Below are positions 59,804 through 64,000 of a stretch of 64,000 bases of DNA, in pieces (position 1 is the stretch's first letter; each line of letters begins with the position of its first letter). The position numbers and the translations under genes were made by a program. The notes beneath the pieces are model-generated. The model was not told where the DNA came from. It worked only from the letters and a program-made list of their open reading frames with translations, and made no database searches. The DNA lies in sequence record DRR723986_618; one strand, 5' to 3'.

Positions 59804-61282
59804 ATGCCACTGGCCACTGTACACAGCCGTGCGCGCCTCGGGGTAGATGCCCCGCTCGTCACCATTGAGGTGCACCTTTCCGCCGGGCTTCCGGCCTTTA
59901 ATATTGTCGGGCTGCCGGAAGCAACCGTACGCGAAGCCAAAGACCGCGTGCGCTCGGCGCTGATCAACTCTCACTTTACCTTTCCCGTCAGCCGCATCAC
60001 CGTCAACTTAGCGCCAGCAGACCTGCCCAAAGAGGGCGGCCGCTTTGACCTGCCTATCGCCATAGGCATCCTCGTTGCCAGCGGCCAATTACAACAACGC
60101 GAGACCGAGTCCTATGAGTTCATCGGTGAGCTGGGGCTAAGCGGCGAGCTGAGAACGGTCAATGCCGCCCTGCCCACCGCCCTGGCAACCGCAGACGCAT
60201 CCAGGCAATTGGTCTTGCCCGCCGGCAGCGCCTCACTGGCAGAGCTGCTCCCCCCGGATACATTGCAGGAGGCCACAGACCTGCTTGGCGTGGTGGCTTT
60301 TCTAAAGGGCCAGCAGAGTTTGGGGCCGCCGACAGACGCCGCCGATACACGGCCCGCTGCGTATCCGGACATGCGCGATGTACGCGGTCAGTTGTTGGCA
60401 AAGCGTGGGCTGGAGATCGCTGCAGCGGGATTTCACAGCCTGCTATTTAGCGGCCCTCCCGGTACGGGCAAAACGCTGTTAGCAAGCCGGCTGCCCGGTA
60501 TCCTCCCGCCCCCAACAGAGCAGGAGTGTCGCGAAATCGCCATTGTCCAGTCGATCGTTGGCCAACCACTGCAGCTTCAGCGCCCATTTCGCAACCCACA
60601 TCACACCGCCTCGGCCGCTGCGCTTGTCGGCGGCGGTAGTAGCCCGCGCCCCGGCGAAATCAGCCTTGCTCATCGCGGCGTGCTTTTCCTCGATGAATTG
60701 CCAGAGTACCCACGCAAAGTGCTGGAAGTACTGCGCGAACCCATAGAATCGGGCGAGGTGGTCATCTCCAGAGCGCGCCATCAACTCCGATTCCCGGCTC
60801 GATTCGCTTTGGTAGCGGCAATGAATCCTTGCCCCTGCGGCTTTGACGGCGATCCCCAAAAAGCTTGTCGTTGCACCCCCGACCAAATACTGCGCTATCG
60901 CAGCCGTGTATCGGGGCCGTTGTTGGACAGGATTGACTTGCGCCTGCGCCTGAATCGCATGGCCGCCGGTGAGCTACAAGACAGCCCCGAGGGCGAACCC
61001 AGCGACGCCATACGCGCCCGAGTGAGTGCAGCGCATCGGCGTCAGCTCAACCGCCAGGGCTGCAGCAACGCCTTACTTGATGCCGGCCAGCTCAGCCGGT
61101 TTTGCCCCTTGGATACCGAGGGTAAAGCCTTTATCCGGGACATCGAAGCGCGCATCAACCTCAGTGCGCGCGGCCAGCACCGCCTGATAAAGACGGCGCG
61201 CACCATCGCTGACCTGGAAAGCAGCAACGATATTTGCCTTAAGCACTTGCGCGAGGCCGCGCTCTACCGCGGAGAGCTCTGA
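59804..61282 (+). CDS. comM: YifB/ComM Mg-chelatase-like AAA+ ATPase
   Basis: NLAPADLPKEG.RFDL, GPPGTGKT, FLDELPE and NPCPCG motifs. Confidence 0.93.
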   Translation: MPLATVHSRARLGVDAPLVTIEVHLSAGLPAFNIVGLPEATVREAKDRVRSALINSHFTFPVSRITVNLAPADLPKEGGRFDLPIAIGILVASGQLQQRETESYEFIGELGLSGELRTVNAALPTALATADASRQLVLPAGSASLAELLPPDTLQEATDLLGVVAFLKGQQSLGPPTDAADTRPAAYPDMRDVRGQLLAKRGLEIAAAGFHSLLFSGPPGTGKTLLASRLPGILPPPTEQECREIAIVQSIVGQPLQLQRPFRNPHHTASAAALVGGGSSPRPGEISLAHRGVLFLDELPEYPRKVLEVLREPIESGEVVISRARHQLRFPARFALVAAMNPCPCGFDGDPQKACRCTPDQILRYRSRVSGPLLDRIDLRLRLNRMAAGELQDSPEGEPSDAIRARVSAAHRRQLNRQGCSNALLDAGQLSRFCPLDTEGKAFIRDIEARINLSARGQHRLIKTARTIADLESSNDICLKHLREAALYRGEL

Positions 61283-61373
61283 TCCCAGGTAGGTGACTAT
61301 ACGAATCTATTTCACAGCCATCGGCACTTACAATCGAGCACTATATAAGAAGAACTTCTAGGATTTCGGAGTT

Positions 61374-62612
61374 ATGCCGAATGTTTTGATCGTCGAGGAC
61401 AACCGCTCGCTGGCCAGCATGGCCAGAGCAATTATCGAGGATATTCCCGGCTTTCAGGCCTGCGTCGCTGCCAGCGGCGCCGAAGCAAAACAGTTAATAC
61501 GCGACACCAAAACGCCCTTTACCGCCGCCCTCGTCGACTTGAACCTACCTGACGCCCCCAATGGCGAAGTGGTGCCAGTGGTGCAATCCTTTGACATCCC
61601 CGTGGTGGTGCTAACCGGCTTCTTCGGCGACGAGTTGCGCAACCGCATGATCGAGCTCGGTGTTGTCGACTATGTGCTAAAGAAGAACATTAGCGCCTAT
61701 GACTATGCCAGCCGGCTGGTCGAGCGCATTCATCGCAATCGCAGCACGCAGGTATTAGTTGTCGATGACTCGCCATCGACCGCCGCCATGCTGAAGCGCC
61801 ATTTGGAAATTCAATGCCTGAATGTGTTGGTTTGCCACAACGGCCAAGAGGCCCTCGACTGTATTCGCGAGCAACCCAATATCCGCCTGGTACTGACTGA
61901 CTACAATATGCCGGTTATGGACGGCTTCGACTTTATTCAACAAGTGCGCGCCAAGTACGCAAAGGATCAACTGGCCATCATTGGCCTGTCCAGCTCTAGC
62001 GACGCGCGGCTGTCCGCTCATTTTTTAAAAAGTGGCGCCAATGACTTTATTAGCAAACCCTTTGGCTACGAGGAGCTGCTCTGCCGGGTAAACCAAAACC
62101 TGGAATACATGGATCGCATCGACGAGATACGAGACGCGGCAAATCGCGACTACCTGACCAAACTCTACAACCGCCGCTATTTTTTCAGTGAGGCGCAATT
62201 GCGTCATCAGCAAGCGCAATTTCACGACCTTCCCCTGTCGGTTGCCATGCTGGATATCGACCATTTCAAGCACATTAATGACAGCCTCGGCCACGACGCC
62301 GGCGACACGGCGCTAAAACATATCGCTGGGCTGCTGCAGTCGGCCTTCCCCGACGACCTGATCGCCCGTTTCGGCGGCGAGGAGTTTTGCATACTCAGCG
62401 AGCAAAATGCCGAACACACCTTTGATCGACTCGACGACTTTCGCCGCAAGCTGGCGAGTAATCCCGTTAAAGAAAACGGCTACGATATTACGCTGTCCGT
62501 CAGCGGCGGCCTGAGTAATGGCCAAGATGACAGCCTGGATACACTGATAAAAATGGCTGACAGCAAGCTGTACCTAGCGAAAGAATCCGGTCGCAATCGC
62601 ATTGTTGTGTAG
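61374..62612 (+). CDS. REC-REC-GGDEF diguanylate cyclase
   Basis: Two receiver domains; DIDHFK.IND..GH and GGEEF. Confidence 0.93.
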   Translation: MPNVLIVEDNRSLASMARAIIEDIPGFQACVAASGAEAKQLIRDTKTPFTAALVDLNLPDAPNGEVVPVVQSFDIPVVVLTGFFGDELRNRMIELGVVDYVLKKNISAYDYASRLVERIHRNRSTQVLVVDDSPSTAAMLKRHLEIQCLNVLVCHNGQEALDCIREQPNIRLVLTDYNMPVMDGFDFIQQVRAKYAKDQLAIIGLSSSSDARLSAHFLKSGANDFISKPFGYEELLCRVNQNLEYMDRIDEIRDAANRDYLTKLYNRRYFFSEAQLRHQQAQFHDLPLSVAMLDIDHFKHINDSLGHDAGDTALKHIAGLLQSAFPDDLIARFGGEEFCILSEQNAEHTFDRLDDFRRKLASNPVKENGYDITLSVSGGLSNGQDDSLDTLIKMADSKLYLAKESGRNRIVV

Positions 62613-62615
62613 GGC

Positions 62616-63629
62616 TTAAGCCAATTGCTTGCGCCACTGGCTTGGCGACACCCCCGTCCACACTTTGAAGGCCCGACTAAATACCGCCAGCTCAGAATAA
62701 CCCAAGCTCAAAGCCAGCGTTGTCAGGTCAATATCGCTGTGCGCTAAATGCTCGCAGGCCAGGTATTGGCGGCGCGCGGACAGCACCTCGGCAAAGCTGC
62801 TTCCCTCGCGCTGCAGGCGCTGCTGAAGACTCCTCGGGTGCAAACCCATCACCCTAGCCACCATGCTTAAGCTGCACTCTCCCGTTGGCAGCAACGCCGT
62901 TATCGTTTGATCCAACTGCTGGCGCAGGCTTAACGAGGCCGGCTCAGATGCGCCCCGCCACTGCGCGCTTAAGCGTGAGCGCAGGCCGGGCTCTACATCG
63001 ACCGGCGAGCTCATCAGCGACAATGGATAACGCAGTGCATCGCAGCCCTCATCGGGCTCTACCCGGCAGCCAAACAGCGCCGAAAGCTCCGCCGCCGCAG
63101 GTGCCTGCGCTCGCAGGGCCAGGGAGTCCGGACGCACGGGGGAGCTCTGCAACTGCTCCAAGCAACGCGCCAACAACGCCAAACTCAAGCCTGCCAGCTG
63201 CCCGCAATCCACCACCGAGGCGAAAGCAAAGTCCATGCGTATCTCGATGAATCGCTCGCTGGATATTGCGCTAACCACCACACCCCTGGCATGAAAATCG
63301 AGGTTACGCTGCATCATTCGCAGGGCATCGGCTATAGTTGCCTGCAAACACATTGCCGAACCCAGCGCCCCCACTGCCTCTAACCCCTGGCGCATTCCCA
63401 ACTGCACCCCAAAATCCTCGCGCCCACAGCGTTCGGCGGCAGCCGTCATTAACTGTGCTAAGACGGTGTAGGAAAGGTATAGATCCGGGTCTTGCACCAC
63501 CGCCGGCGTCAAACCAAATTCCGCCATCAGCGCATTGGGATTCTGACCGCAATCCCGTACCCACTCAGAAAAGCCCAGTAGGGCGCCACTTCGAACAAAA
63601 TGCTGCACGGCAGACTCGTGTTTTATCAA
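62616..63629 (-). CDS. AraC family regulator
   Basis: C-terminal HTH: RSLQQRL...LGYSE...FSRAFKVWTG.SP. Confidence 0.92.
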   Translation of the reverse strand: MIKHESAVQHFVRSGALLGFSEWVRDCGQNPNALMAEFGLTPAVVQDPDLYLSYTVLAQLMTAAAERCGREDFGVQLGMRQGLEAVGALGSAMCLQATIADALRMMQRNLDFHARGVVVSAISSERFIEIRMDFAFASVVDCGQLAGLSLALLARCLEQLQSSPVRPDSLALRAQAPAAAELSALFGCRVEPDEGCDALRYPLSLMSSPVDVEPGLRSRLSAQWRGASEPASLSLRQQLDQTITALLPTGECSLSMVARVMGLHPRSLQQRLQREGSSFAEVLSARRQYLACEHLAHSDIDLTTLALSLGYSELAVFSRAFKVWTGVSPSQWRKQLA

Positions 63630-63717
63630 ATAATGACTCGCAATATATCAAGCCTAACCATAAAAACGTAGATAAGCTCCAGTCTGCAATAACGCTAATA
63701 ATTAGGAGGCGCTCACC

Positions 63718-64000
63718 ATGCTCCCCAAACCCGCTATGGATCACAAAGCATTACTCACGCTAAACACCCACGAAATGCCCATGTACAAAGATGCCTTGCC
63801 AGGCGTTCCTGGTGTTGATGCGCAACCCCTGTTCCTCGATCCCCATCAGGGCATTTGGGTGCTACGCGCCGTCTTTCACCCCGGCGTCGTCTTGCCCAAG
63901 CACTACCATACCGGCACGGTGCATCTGTTCACCCTGTCGGGCAGCTGGAACTATGTGGAATACCCCGACCAACCCCAAACTGCAGGCAGCTACCTCTATG
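63718..64000 (+). CDS. Cupin, 2,4'-dihydroxyacetophenone dioxygenase-like (truncated by the window edge)
   Basis: AGGAGG SD; manual translation MLPKPAMDH...LPKHYHTGTVH..TLSGSWNYVEYP..QTAGSYLY; not in the ORF track. Confidence 0.8.
   Translation, partial: MLPKPAMDHKALLTLNTHEMPMYKDALPGVPGVDAQPLFLDPHQGIWVLRAVFHPGVVLPKHYHTGTVHLFTLSGSWNYVEYPDQPQTAGSYLY

Overview
Chromosomal window from a gammaproteobacterium; gene order is Pseudomonas-like, and a Cellvibrionales/Spongiibacteraceae-type host is an inference only. Most of it is housekeeping: the 5' end of a type I secretion operon (TolC plus a truncated ABC transporter), purT, the nrdR-ribD-ribE-ribB(X)-ribH-nusB-thiL-pgpA operon, glyA, PIN-PhoH, an RNase II/R, asnS, glpQ/glpD-like genes, cmoM, a second riboflavin synthase, fpr/finR, MFS/MarR, calB, rimB-rimK-M14 peptidase, xerC-HAD-sutA, porin-glnK-amtB-glnK2 with sigma54/NtrC sites, ubiK-comM, a diguanylate cyclase, and AraC/cupin. 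No CRISPR array, rRNA, tRNA, prophage or transposase was seen. Features of note: (1) a 9-kb uncharacterised envelope module between nrdR and glyA (MltC-like transglycosylase, COG3014-like, LpoB-like, two LPP20-like proteins, a beta-barrel and a PKD lipoprotein); (2) two tandem paralogous ~40-aa tail-anchored microproteins with a leader that could sequester the Shine-Dalgarno (SD) site, both absent from the ORF track; (3) an RsmY/CsrB-like sRNA with a perfect GacA/UvrY-type palindrome, plus GGA-loop hairpins in the leaders of the T1SS, LPP20 and comM genes; (4) a TpsB/Omp85-like protein with no obvious signal peptide; (5) two related TAGGG...CCCTA palindromes that supply stop codons. Family names come from motif recognition, not from database searches.
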